Shown here: piece by piece, positions 1 to 9,181 of the stretch | How positions within the stretch are numbered: position 1 is the first letter of the stretch | Layout of the letters: every line of letters begins with the position of its first letter | From: Candidatus Sumerlaeales bacterium | GTDB taxonomy: Bacteria > Sumerlaeota > Sumerlaeia > Sumerlaeales > Sumerlaeaceae | Length of the DNA stretch: 64,000 nucleotides | Assembly: GCA_036675025.1 (NCBI GenBank) | Contig: JAKFFN010000101.1 | Coordinates: forward strand, 3,975-67,974 | Reading direction: 5' to 3' | The notes under the pieces: model-generated | Seen by the model: the letters and a program-made list of their open reading frames with translations, nothing else | Told to the model about the DNA's origin: nothing | Database searches by the model: none | Position numbers and translations under genes: made by a program

Positions 1-855
1 CGCCACGGATTTCTCAGCTCTACGGATGCCAACCGGCTGGCAGATCTGCACAAAATGTTCTCGGATAAGAAAGTCGATGCCGTCATGTGCCTGCGGGGCG
101 GTTATGGCACGTCGAGAATTGTTGATGCTATTGACTATGACCTGGTGCGGAAAAACCCGAAAGTGTTTATCGGGTTCAGCGATATCACAATGCTGAACCT
201 GGCGTTTCTAAAGAAGTGCCGCCTGGTGAGCTTTAACGGTCCTATGGCTGCATCCACATTTGCCGATACCCCTCCCAGCCGCTTTGGGGTGGCAAGTTTC
301 CTTCGCACGGTTAGCCATGCTGAAGCACCAGGTTCAATCTGGCAGGATCATGACGATCGCAGCTTCCGCGTCATTCGCAGCGGCGAAGCCCGTGGTCGCC
401 TGACCGGTGGTAACCTGAGTCTGCTGGCGGCCAGCATTGGCACGCGCTATGAGATCGACACTCGCAACCGCATTGTCTTTATGGAAGAGGTGGACGAGAA
501 GCCGTATCGTATTGATCGTATGCTGACCCAGCTACTTTCAGCAGGAAAACTGCACGACGCGGCGGCTATTGTTATTGGCCGGAATGTGCCGGATGACGAT
601 TTTGTCGAGGCCGAAGCCAAAGCCGCAAAGAAGGGCGGCAGGATGGTAAAGCCTCTCCCCCGGAAATTGCCGCGGAATTTTGAACCGCTGATGGACGACG
701 TGTTTTACGATCGCCTCCGACCTTTGGGCATTCCAGTTTTGTCGGGCCTTCCGTTTGGTCATGTACATGATTACGCCACTCTGCCACTCGGCGTAACTGC
801 CGAGTTGACGACGCGCACGGGAGACCTGGTAATTGAGGAAGCAGCAGTAAAGTAA
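1..855 (+). CDS. LD-carboxypeptidase (peptidase S66, muramoyltetrapeptide carboxypeptidase), 5'-partial
   Basis: Frame 1 is open from base 1, so the N-terminus lies upstream of the window. The track ORF 55..855 has S66 family features: MCLRGGYGTSRI, GFSDITMLN, and a C-terminal GHxxD region. Confidence 0.8.
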   Translation, partial: RHGFLSSTDANRLADLHKMFSDKKVDAVMCLRGGYGTSRIVDAIDYDLVRKNPKVFIGFSDITMLNLAFLKKCRLVSFNGPMAASTFADTPPSRFGVASFLRTVSHAEAPGSIWQDHDDRSFRVIRSGEARGRLTGGNLSLLAASIGTRYEIDTRNRIVFMEEVDEKPYRIDRMLTQLLSAGKLHDAAAIVIGRNVPDDDFVEAEAKAAKKGGRMVKPLPRKLPRNFEPLMDDVFYDRLRPLGIPVLSGLPFGHVHDYATLPLGVTAELTTRTGDLVIEEAAVK

Positions 856-864
856 CTGCAGGTG

Positions 865-1224
865 CTATTGCGTAGGCGTGGTGACCGCGTTTTCGGGAAC
901 CGTGTTCACATCCACCATGGTATCAGTTAACGTGGTAACGGCCTTACCGAACTGTTCAGCCTGCTGAACTGCGGTTGTCGCAGCTTCGCGGGCCTTGGAA
1001 GCAGCCTCAGCCGTCTTGTCTATGGCCGTATTAGTTGCATCCTTGATTTCCTCTTTGGACATGGGCTCAACCCGGATGTTGATGGCCTTTTTGCCCGACC
1101 CCTCTGCCTCCGGAACAGATTCCGTCTGCGTTTCTACACGGCAGGCGCACAGGGTAAGAGAGAAAACTGCAAGTGTGGTATAGGCGATTAATCTGTTCGT
1201 CATCATAAAATCAGGTACAAACAC
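865..1224 (-). CDS. small secreted lipoprotein, function unknown
   Basis: 119 aa. N-terminal signal with a lipobox-like LTLCAC. No recognisable domain. Confidence 0.5.
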   Translation of the reverse strand: MFVPDFMMTNRLIAYTTLAVFSLTLCACRVETQTESVPEAEGSGKKAINIRVEPMSKEEIKDATNTAIDKTAEAASKAREAATTAVQQAEQFGKAVTTLTDTMVDVNTVPENAVTTPTQ

Positions 1225-1457
1225 GCCTGTTTTGGCAATTCATCTGAAAACTTGCCTCACCGGCAAAATAAATCTCGAGCGGACTGGGAAAAGCACTAAT
1301 GTACTTAAGATACAAACCAGGGTTAGGGGCGTTTATAACGCCGTACCCTGGTTAATAGGGGAGTCTATCCCCTGAAGACGGCTTCAAAAATCACCGCCCT
1401 TGAAAACCAATTATGGCACCCGGGGGCAGCACCCTCGGATTGTTGAAACTACATGCT

Positions 1458-1553
1458 TTATTTCTTCTTCGCGGCCGGCTTTTTCGTAGCAGCTTTCTTT
1501 GCCGGTGCGGCTGCGGCTTTCTTTGCAGCGGGTTTTTTTGCAGCGGTTGCCAT
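1458..1553 (-). CDS. 31-aa Lys/Ala-rich basic micro-protein (histone-H1-like tail peptide), candidate
   Basis: Hand-translated minus-strand ORF ATG(1553)..TAA(1458) gives MATAAKKPAAKKAAAAPAKKAATKKPAAKKK. Upstream GGAAGGGTGGTGA is SD-like. The ORF is below the track's size cut-off. The track ORF 1453..1752(+) is its poly-F/A antisense shadow. Confidence 0.35.
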   Translation of the reverse strand: MATAAKKPAAKKAAAAPAKKAATKKPAAKKK

Positions 1554-1748
1554 CAGTGATCACCACCCTTCCGGTGTGATATGCGTTTCACCACTTCTGC
1601 GGAAGTTGTGGGTGGGCAGGGGCTGGATGTCAAGAGGGAATCAGAAAAAATTAACTCTTGCCGCATGGCATCCTGTTTCGCTTGGTAGAAGCAATTGCCG
1701 GGGATACAGTCTGGTAGCACCCCCGACATCTGGGAATGATAATAACGA

Positions 1749-2027
1749 ATGAGCACAGCAAAAGGCGAAGTAGTAATAATGAACGACGCAGGCATGCACC
1801 TGCGTCCGGCGGCGGCATTTGTGCAGGCGGCCAATAAACACAAGGACTGCGAGATTTTGGTAGTGTCTGGCGGCCAGCGCGTGAACGGCAAAAGCATCAT
1901 GGGCCTCGTTATGCTTGCCGCCTCCAAAGGCACCCCGCTTTCTATCGAAGTCACGGGTGACGGATCAGACCAGGCGCTTCAAGAGCTGGTTGAACTCGTT
2001 AATGACAAGTTTGGAACAGAGAACTAA
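1749..2027 (+). CDS. ptsH: phosphocarrier protein HPr
   Basis: 92 aa. MHLRPAAAFVQ and GKSIMGLVMLA motifs align with HPr (His15 region and the Ser46 region KSIMG). Confidence 0.9.
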   Translation: MSTAKGEVVIMNDAGMHLRPAAAFVQAANKHKDCEILVVSGGQRVNGKSIMGLVMLAASKGTPLSIEVTGDGSDQALQELVELVNDKFGTEN

Positions 2028-2115
2028 TCCCGCTAGAATCAATACTCCCCTTTCCTGAGCAGCGGATTCCCGTGCATTTATTTCCATTTCCTACCGAACC
2101 CTGAAAGGTACCACG

Positions 2116-3510
2116 ATGAAAAAAGATATGATAGCCATTGTACTTGCGGCGGGTCAGGGAACCCGAATGTACAGTGGCCTGCCCAAAGTGCTGCACAGCG
2201 TAGCCGGGCAACCCATGATTGATCACGTGCTGGAGGCGATACAGCCCCTCGAACCCAAACAGATTTACGTTGTTACCGGTTTTATGGCTGATGCAGTGAA
2301 AGCCCACGTTGGCCGTCGTGCCACGTGTGTGAAACAGGACAAACGTCTTGGCACCGCCCATGCAGTTAAACAGGTGCTGCCCCATATCCAGGATTTCCGC
2401 GGCGATGTTCTCGTAACCGTAGGCGACGCCCCGCTCATCCAGACTGAAACTATCCGCGACCTAGTAAAACGCCGGCGCGCGCACCAGGTATCAGCCACCG
2501 TACTTACCACAGAACTCGAAAACCCTACCGGCTACGGCCGCATCGTCCGCAATCGTGATGGCACGGTGCGAAAGATCGTGGAAGAAAAAGATACCAACAC
2601 CTATGAAGTGGCCATCCAGGAAGTAAACACCGGTATCTACGTGTTTGATTGCCAGAAGATGATCGCATCGCTGCGAAAGGTCGGCAACAAGAACGCGCAG
2701 AAGGAATACTACCTTACTGATACCATCGAAATCCTGGGCCGGATGGGCGACGAAGTTGAACCAGTGGTGGCCGCGGATTCATCGGAGACAATGGGCATCA
2801 ACAGCCGTGCAGAACTTGCGCGCGCTGAAAGCAACCTGCGCCGCCGCATCGCCCTTGCGGTAATGGAGCAGGGTGTCACGGTTATCGACCCGGCAACCAC
2901 CTATATCGACAAGCAGGTGCGACTTGGCCGCGACACGGTTATTCGCCCGTTTACCATATTGCAGGGGAAATGCGAAATCGGCGAGCGCTGCGATATCGGC
3001 CCGAACGCCTACATTACCGAGAGCACCATCGGCAGCGACTGCCAGGTTAAGTTTGCGTCTGTCGAAAAGGCTGTCATTGAAAATGACGTATCTGTAGGGC
3101 CCTACTCCAGCATCCGACCCCAGACGGTTATTTCCAGCGGCGCGCGGATAGGTACTTTTGTTGAAGTGACGCGCAGTCACATCGGCAGTGACAGTGACGT
3201 GCTTCACCTGACCTATATCGGTGACGCAAAAATCGGCGATCGCTCATCTGTTGGCGCTGGCAGCCTGACTGTGAATTTCGACGGCAACCGACACCGGCAG
3301 ACGGTTGTTGGTGATGACGTATTCCTTGGCAGTCGCAGCACGCTGGTTGCGCCGCTTGAGATTGGTGATGAACAGCGCTTTTCTGCCAACGAAACACTGA
3401 CGGGAAAAATCCAACCGCAGAATAATGGCAGCGCTGCGAAACCCGCCAGGCCGGCAAAAAAAGCCACCAGTGCCAAGCCTGCTTCACCGAAAACAAAATC
3501 CAGAAAGTAA
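2116..3510 (+). CDS. glmU: bifunctional UDP-GlcNAc pyrophosphorylase / GlcN-1-P N-acetyltransferase GlmU
   Basis: N-terminus LAAGQGTRM..LPKVLH (nucleotidyltransferase), then left-handed beta-helix hexapeptide repeats. There is an extra C-terminal K/A/P-rich tail (KPARPAKKATSAKPASPKTKSRK). Confidence 0.95.
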   Translation: MKKDMIAIVLAAGQGTRMYSGLPKVLHSVAGQPMIDHVLEAIQPLEPKQIYVVTGFMADAVKAHVGRRATCVKQDKRLGTAHAVKQVLPHIQDFRGDVLVTVGDAPLIQTETIRDLVKRRRAHQVSATVLTTELENPTGYGRIVRNRDGTVRKIVEEKDTNTYEVAIQEVNTGIYVFDCQKMIASLRKVGNKNAQKEYYLTDTIEILGRMGDEVEPVVAADSSETMGINSRAELARAESNLRRRIALAVMEQGVTVIDPATTYIDKQVRLGRDTVIRPFTILQGKCEIGERCDIGPNAYITESTIGSDCQVKFASVEKAVIENDVSVGPYSSIRPQTVISSGARIGTFVEVTRSHIGSDSDVLHLTYIGDAKIGDRSSVGAGSLTVNFDGNRHRQTVVGDDVFLGSRSTLVAPLEIGDEQRFSANETLTGKIQPQNNGSAAKPARPAKKATSAKPASPKTKSRK

Positions 3511-3521
3511 ACTCTGTACCG

Positions 3522-4466
3522 GTGAAGCCACCCATGATAACTGCTCTCCTGACAGCCCTGATACTCGCTTCGACACCGGCTGATGCGAAGGACGAACCTG
3601 CCTATTCCCACAAGCGTGATGTTGTCTATGGGCGCAAGTTTGGAACGGCGCTCACCATGGATATCTTCGAGCCGCGCACAGAGGCCAATGGGGCGACTGT
3701 GCTGTGGGTGGTTAGTGGCGGCTGGTATTCATCGCATGACGCTATCAACCTGGACAATCCGATCTGCCCGGTAAAGCCGCTGCTTGCTCGTGGCTACCGC
3801 GTGTGTGCCGTTGTCCATGGCAGCAATCCGCTGTTTACAATTGAAGATGCCATTGATGATATCCAACGGGCGGTTCGGTACGTACGCCACACGGGAGGGA
3901 AAAACGGCCAGACGACAATGCCCCTGGGCATCATAGGCGGATCAGCTGGCGGGCATCTCTCTTTAATGGCCGGTACCGCGGGTGACGATGGCGACGCGAA
4001 GGCGAAAGATCCCGTTGCGCAGGCCTCGAGTCGCGTGCAGGCGGTGGCGTGTTATTTTCCGCCCACGGATTTCCTCAACTACGGCGCGCCGGGTATCAAT
4101 GCTCGTGAAACCACCGTGGGCAAAATGTTCGTTGCCCCATTTCAGTTCAAAAGATTAGATAAAGAAACCAAATCGTTTGATGTCGTAACCAGCAAGGGAC
4201 TTATCCGCGACATTCTTTCCGAAGTCTCGCCGATCACGCATGTGTCTGCAGATGATGCCCCGGCCTTGATAATCCACGGTGATAACGACCTGCTGGTGCC
4301 GTATCAGCAGGCGGAACTGTTTGTTGATAAGATGCAAAAGGCCGGCGTTGCAGCCGAACTAATCCGCCGTCCCGGTGCCGGGCACGGGTGGTCGACTTTA
4401 GCCAGGGACAATGAGCTGCTGGTGGACTGGCTCGACAAACACCTGCTTCATCAGGCTGACAACTAG
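3522..4466 (+). CDS. secreted alpha/beta-hydrolase (esterase/peptidase S9-like)
   Basis: Signal peptide MKPPMITALLTALILASTPADA. Nucleophile elbow GGSAGGHLS. Late HGDNDLLVPY block typical of the esterase/dienelactone-hydrolase fold. Confidence 0.75.
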   Translation: MKPPMITALLTALILASTPADAKDEPAYSHKRDVVYGRKFGTALTMDIFEPRTEANGATVLWVVSGGWYSSHDAINLDNPICPVKPLLARGYRVCAVVHGSNPLFTIEDAIDDIQRAVRYVRHTGGKNGQTTMPLGIIGGSAGGHLSLMAGTAGDDGDAKAKDPVAQASSRVQAVACYFPPTDFLNYGAPGINARETTVGKMFVAPFQFKRLDKETKSFDVVTSKGLIRDILSEVSPITHVSADDAPALIIHGDNDLLVPYQQAELFVDKMQKAGVAAELIRRPGAGHGWSTLARDNELLVDWLDKHLLHQADN

Positions 4467-5800
4467 GTCACGTCCAGGGAATCTTCTTCCTCAAAACTTC
4501 CCTGGGTCTGCTTGCCCGGCCTCTCTTCAGGAGAGTCGTCCTCAAGTTCATCCACGTCATCCAGCTCGTCCTGGATTTCATCTTGCTCAGTTTCGTCAGC
4601 TCCGTTTTTTTCCGATTCGGTCTCGGCTTCAGCCTCGACTTCGTCATCAGGCACAACTGCGGTATCATCCCCGGAAGTTTCATCTGCTGGTTCGAAATCC
4701 GCTACAACAGCATCCGGATCCGCACCTGCCGATTCATCCGCTTCACTCAATACTTCTGCATCATTCGAAGGCAGTTCCCCAGCATCCGAAGCCGCCTCTT
4801 CGCCCTGTGCCTCTTCTTCCTCAGGATCAGCGGCCGGCTTCGCTTTTGCTTCTTCAGCCACCACCCGCTTCAGCTTCTGCTCTTCTGCAAACCGGTTTTT
4901 CAGTTCCGATATGGACGGAAGATCAGCCACGCTTTTAAGTCCGAAGGACTTCAGAAACTGCTCCGTCGTTACATACAGCTGCGGGCGGCCGATCACTTCC
5001 CGTCGGCCGCTGGCTTCCACCAGGTTCAGGTCTTGAAGCGTGCGTAGCGGAGCGCCACTTTCCACGCCGCGGATGGTCTCGACTTCACCCTTGGTGATGG
5101 GCTGCCGGTATGCAACAATAGCCAGCGTCTCGAGCGTCGCAGGCGAAAGAGCGCTGCGCCGCTTGTGCTTGTGCATCCGGAACATCCACGGCGCCACGTG
5201 CGCGCGGGTGCTCATCTGGTACCCACCGGCAATTTCCACTACCTGCAAAGCACCGGGGCGATTTTCATAATCCCATTGAAGCTCCAGCAGAAGCCCTCTC
5301 ACGCTTTTCGGGTGCAGGTTGTTCATCAGCTTGCTCAGCTTGGCCACCGTAAGGGGCTCATTACAGCTGAATAGAAAACCCTCAACCACGGATTTCGCCT
5401 CAGCTACAGACGAAAACCGCAGGCTCTCAGACTCTTCCTGGTCTTCCTTCTGGTTAGCCTTTGGGGTCTGGTAAACCAGTTCTTTTACTAGCGGACGATC
5501 ACCTTCAAACTCCACAGCCGCTTCGGCGCCGATGTCGCCTTCCACATCCTCGTCCGGAATTTCAACAGCAGCGTCTTCAGATGCAGGCAATAGCTCAGAA
5601 TCAGGCTCTGCCGCGACTTCTTCAGCGGGAGCATTCTGCGCCGGCAAACTTTCCTCTTCACTGTATGCCGCCACTTCATCATCACGAAACTCTTCTGCGA
5701 CTTCGCTCGCCTCCGTTACGGCCTCCTCTTCTTTGGAAGTCTCATCCGCAGCGTCTTCAGCCTTCTGGTCTTCTGTCTCGTTGTCATTCTTCAATATCAT
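4463..5800 (-). CDS. scpB: segregation and condensation protein B (ScpB) with long acidic N- and C-terminal extensions
   Basis: Central region LSPATLETLAIVAYRQPITKGEVETIRGV matches the ScpB winged-helix. Flanked by >100 aa of D/E/A-rich low complexity on each side. Overlaps the scpA stop by 17 nt. Confidence 0.85.
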   Translation of the reverse strand: MILKNDNETEDQKAEDAADETSKEEEAVTEASEVAEEFRDDEVAAYSEEESLPAQNAPAEEVAAEPDSELLPASEDAAVEIPDEDVEGDIGAEAAVEFEGDRPLVKELVYQTPKANQKEDQEESESLRFSSVAEAKSVVEGFLFSCNEPLTVAKLSKLMNNLHPKSVRGLLLELQWDYENRPGALQVVEIAGGYQMSTRAHVAPWMFRMHKHKRRSALSPATLETLAIVAYRQPITKGEVETIRGVESGAPLRTLQDLNLVEASGRREVIGRPQLYVTTEQFLKSFGLKSVADLPSISELKNRFAEEQKLKRVVAEEAKAKPAADPEEEEAQGEEAASDAGELPSNDAEVLSEADESAGADPDAVVADFEPADETSGDDTAVVPDDEVEAEAETESEKNGADETEQDEIQDELDDVDELEDDSPEERPGKQTQGSFEEEDSLDVT

Positions 5801-6530
5801 ACTCCATTTGTCCCTCAGACGCCGTCACCACGATCTTTTCAAACGAGGCCTCCTGCTGGATGCGAAGTCGCTTCATGCGGCACAGCTCCAGCATGGCCAG
5901 GAATGTTACAATTACTTCGTCGCGATTAAAACACCGCCGGAACACCTCTTCAAGGTCAACCTGCTTTTGTGTTCCCACCAGGTCTTCCAGGTAGGTAATC
6001 TTATCCTCCACTGCGAACTTTTCGTTCATGTGGGGGTTGTAGGTGGGGTTATCTACGAAACGCAGCACGCGGCTGAAAGCCTTGTACAGCAGGGCAATGT
6101 CGACCGACAGCTCTTCTTTTTCTTCCGTCACGATTTGCACGGGAGGATTGTTGCGGAAAACCAGCCTTGCGGCATGTTCCTCACGCTGGCGCAGTTCACT
6201 TGCCGCTTCCTTGAATTTCCGATACTCTACAAGCTGGCGCACCAGCTCCCGCGCGCTCAGGATCTCATCAATTTCCTCTTCCTGCTCTTCCGATTCCTGG
6301 TGAACAGGCAGGAGCATACGCGCCTTAATGCGAATCAACGTGGCGGCCATCACCAGGAACTCACCCGCCAGTTCAAGATCCAGCTCACGCATCATCTCGA
6401 TGTATTCGAGGTATTGCCGCGTTATCTCGGCAATACGGATATCGTGAATGTCCATCTCGTTCACCCGGATCAGGTGAAGGAGCAGGTCAAACGGACCTTC
6501 GAAAACTGGCAGTTTAATGGTATAGGTCAT
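5784..6530 (-). CDS. scpA: segregation and condensation protein A (ScpA)
   Basis: N-terminus KLPVFEGPFDLLLHLI is the ScpA/kleisin signature. Operon with scpB. Confidence 0.9.
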   Translation of the reverse strand: MTYTIKLPVFEGPFDLLLHLIRVNEMDIHDIRIAEITRQYLEYIEMMRELDLELAGEFLVMAATLIRIKARMLLPVHQESEEQEEEIDEILSARELVRQLVEYRKFKEAASELRQREEHAARLVFRNNPPVQIVTEEKEELSVDIALLYKAFSRVLRFVDNPTYNPHMNEKFAVEDKITYLEDLVGTQKQVDLEEVFRRCFNRDEVIVTFLAMLELCRMKRLRIQQEASFEKIVVTASEGQMEYDIEE

Positions 6531-6542
6531 GGGTATGGACGC

Positions 6543-7040
6543 TTACAATTCATCACCGGTATCATTGATGTCCCTGAGTTTCTCCAACATAGCAAGCACC
6601 TCGAAGTCGCGAATGCGCCCGGCGCTTCTTTTGAGTTCAATAAGTTTGTCTAGCTGGACCACCTGCACCTGACAACCGCATAATTCTACCATTGTGCTGG
6701 CTTCCAGCAGTTCATCATAATCCTTCGCCCCCGGTATATCTGCTAACAGGTCAATGGCCCCTAGGTCGCTCACAAGCGTAAAGTTCAGCCCCTTACTTAC
6801 CGTCTCTTCATCCAGCACAAATGGCAAACCTTGAACAGCACCGCGAAGATACGGATTAAAGGGCTTCAGTGCTTCCACCACCGCCCGTATATTTACAGGA
6901 GTTCTACGATACACCACGTCCAAGTCGCTGGTGTATTTGTCAAGGCCGTGCACAGTGGCTGCAACACCGCCAATAACAATGAATTCGACCTGACTGGCAC
7001 ACAGCTTCTGTATCAACTCGCAGGGGTTAAACGGGATCAT
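6543..7040 (-). CDS. Pol-beta-superfamily nucleotidyltransferase (AbiEii/MenT-like minimal NTase)
   Basis: 165 aa. IGGVAATVHGLDKYTSDLDVVY fits the G[GS]x9-13Dh[DE]h NTase motif. Start is translationally coupled (TAATG) to the upstream small ORF. Confidence 0.6.
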   Translation of the reverse strand: MIPFNPCELIQKLCASQVEFIVIGGVAATVHGLDKYTSDLDVVYRRTPVNIRAVVEALKPFNPYLRGAVQGLPFVLDEETVSKGLNFTLVSDLGAIDLLADIPGAKDYDELLEASTMVELCGCQVQVVQLDKLIELKRSAGRIRDFEVLAMLEKLRDINDTGDEL

Positions 7041-7243
7041 TATTGGCCGGTACTTCCGGACCGCTTAGACTGCCGCATTGCTTCCCCAGCCTTGCGGGCC
7101 TCCCCGGCAAACTTAGCCATCCGTTGCAATTTCTGAAGGCGCTGATCCGGTGTTAGCTTCAGGTTTTCCTTTATAAGAGAAACGTCGATCTCTTTCTTAT
7201 AAAGGTCAATAATGTCATCAATAGATGAGCGCCCGTCAGGCAT
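7040..7243 (-). CDS. small 67-aa protein partnered with the NTase (possible antitoxin/regulator)
   Basis: The track ORF 7040..7279 starts at a GTG that overlaps the trpS stop. An internal ATG at 7243 is preceded by GGAGG (7251-7255) with a 7-nt spacer, so I take that as the start. Product MPDGRSSIDDIIDLYKKEIDVSLIKENLKLTPDQRLQKLQRMAKFAGEARK... Confidence 0.5.
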   Translation of the reverse strand: MPDGRSSIDDIIDLYKKEIDVSLIKENLKLTPDQRLQKLQRMAKFAGEARKAGEAMRQSKRSGSTGQ

Positions 7244-7278
7244 GATCTGGCCTCCTGGATTCTGCTCCTTCGAATCCA

Positions 7279-8337
7279 CTAAGCGTTCTTGGCAACAGGC
7301 TGCTCAAGCATCTGCTCCACAGATTCCACCAGGCTCAGCCGCTCGCGCAGAATCTCCATTGTCTTCTGCGCTTCCTCGCGGGCGCGCTTGTTGCCGGCGT
7401 TCAGGATGTCCATCACCTCGTCCGGACGCGCCTCAAAATGAGCCCGACGCTCACGCATTGGTTCCAGCATCTCGTTCATTGCCCGTGCCAACTCGCGCTT
7501 GTTATCCACGCAGCCGATTGTCGCAGTGCGGCAGCCGTCATGCATTTCCTCGGCCTTGCCAGAATTAAACACCGTCTGATACGCGCACACGTTGCAGTTT
7601 TCCGGGTGGCCGGGGTCACTCTTACGGATACGCTGCGTATCAGTAATCATGCTGCGCACCTTCTGCTCCACCACATCAGCGGGATCATCAAGGTAGATGC
7701 CGTTATCGTAGCTTTTGCTCATCTTGCGACCATCCAGGCCTAACACCTTGGGCACGGAGCTCAACAGCGCGTCCGGTTCAGGGAAGATGGGATTGAGCGG
7801 GCGGTTGGTGCCCGACTCGATAGGTCCGCCGTGGAAGAAATTAAGCCTGCGTGCGATTTCACGCGTCAGTTCCAGGTGCGGGATCTGGTCCTCCCCTACC
7901 GGAACTCCCTCCGCGCGGTACACGAGGATATCTGCCGCCTGCAGCACCGGGTAACCCAGGAAACCGTACGTCTCCACATCCTTGTTTGCCAGTTGCACAA
8001 CCTGGTCTTTATACGTAGGGTTGCGCTCCAGCCAGGCCAGGGGCGTAAACATCCCCAGCAGCAGGGCCAGCTCGGCGTGTTCCTTTACCATCGATTGCAC
8101 GAAGATGGTGCTGCGGTTCGGATCGAGACCGGCAGCCAGCCAGGCAAGCACGCTCTCGCGCATGTTCTCGCGCAGGCGCGAAGGGTCAGCGTAGTCACTC
8201 GTAAGGGCATGCCAGTCAGCCACCATGAAGAAGCAATCGTGCCCCTCTTCCTGCAGCTTGATCCAGTTTTTCAGCGCCCCCAGGTAATGCCCCACATGGA
8301 GCCGCCCGGTTGACCGCATACCGCTTAAAATACGCAT
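7279..8337 (-). CDS. trpS: tryptophan--tRNA ligase
   Basis: Class I aaRS with HVGH-like motif (RLHVGHYLGA) and KMSKS. The length and C-terminal extension are compatible with TrpS. Confidence 0.95.
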   Translation of the reverse strand: MRILSGMRSTGRLHVGHYLGALKNWIKLQEEGHDCFFMVADWHALTSDYADPSRLRENMRESVLAWLAAGLDPNRSTIFVQSMVKEHAELALLLGMFTPLAWLERNPTYKDQVVQLANKDVETYGFLGYPVLQAADILVYRAEGVPVGEDQIPHLELTREIARRLNFFHGGPIESGTNRPLNPIFPEPDALLSSVPKVLGLDGRKMSKSYDNGIYLDDPADVVEQKVRSMITDTQRIRKSDPGHPENCNVCAYQTVFNSGKAEEMHDGCRTATIGCVDNKRELARAMNEMLEPMRERRAHFEARPDEVMDILNAGNKRAREEAQKTMEILRERLSLVESVEQMLEQPVAKNA

Positions 8338-8347
8338 CGATAATCCT

Positions 8348-9022
8348 TCATATCCCGATAAAGCTTCGCAGGGGAAAAATTACCCCGCGGATAGCCCAGC
8401 CCAGGAAGAGTTGCACTGCAGTAATATTGATAAGTAAGTACAGCAAAATAAAGGAAAACCTCTCCATTACGTCCCAGGCGGGGTAAAGTTTCGGCCGCCC
8501 GCTGATGACGTAGTGGAATAGCACCCGGCTGCCATCCAGCGGCGGAATCGGCAGCATATTAAATATCGCCAGCAGCACGTTAATACCGATAAACATCTCG
8601 CCAAACCGCAAGGCTGCGAAATGCCACTGCTCAGGCGGCGCGATAAAGGTTCCAGTTTTCAAAACAAGCGCGGCAATCAGCGCCAGGGCCAGGTTCGATC
8701 CCGGCCCCGCCAAAGTAACCAGCACATCCCAGTATGGCTTCTTGAGCCGGTTGATGTTAACTGGCACCGGCCGCGCCCAGCCAAGCAACGGCATATTGGC
8801 TAATGCCAGCAATACCGGTACGATAATGGTCCCGAAAACATCAATGTGCGAGATCGGGTTAAGGGTGATTCGACCTTGCAGACGCGCAGTGTCATCCCCG
8901 CCAATGTCGGCCACCAGCGCATGTGCGCATTCATGCACCGACAGACTGAACAAGATGATAGGAAACGCAAGAAAAACGATGGGATCAAAACTATCCATTT
9001 GGCAATGTGATATGGCAGCCAC
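8348..9022 (-). CDS. site-2 protease family (peptidase M50) membrane metalloprotease
   Basis: HECAHALVA HExxH in a TM helix. Multiple TM segments. LDG motif. Confidence 0.8.
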   Translation of the reverse strand: MAAISHCQMDSFDPIVFLAFPIILFSLSVHECAHALVADIGGDDTARLQGRITLNPISHIDVFGTIIVPVLLALANMPLLGWARPVPVNINRLKKPYWDVLVTLAGPGSNLALALIAALVLKTGTFIAPPEQWHFAALRFGEMFIGINVLLAIFNMLPIPPLDGSRVLFHYVISGRPKLYPAWDVMERFSFILLYLLINITAVQLFLGWAIRGVIFPLRSFIGI

Positions 9023-9181
9023 GTTGCATTATGCGCATGTAAAGTAATAATAGACAGGCCTTTCCGGTGTAACTTACCCCACCGATCTACTGGATCGCGA
9101 ACACAGAAAACGAACGGCAATCACCTCGTCAGTTTTGCCAGCACTTCCGGTCCGAAGAAGATCCCAACACTCAGTAATCAA

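Noticed and set aside
1453-1752. Track ORF encoding MLYFFFAAGFFVAAFFAGAAAAFFAAGFF...
   Set aside because: Its poly-Phe/Ala run is the antisense reading of the K/A-rich micro-ORF (AAA/AAG Lys codons read as TTT/CTT). The minus-strand reading is the plausible one.
4512-6653. Ser-rich + strand ORFs 4512..5036 and 5532..6653
   Set aside because: Antisense to the GAA/GAG-rich acidic tails of scpB and to scpA. These are a compositional artefact.
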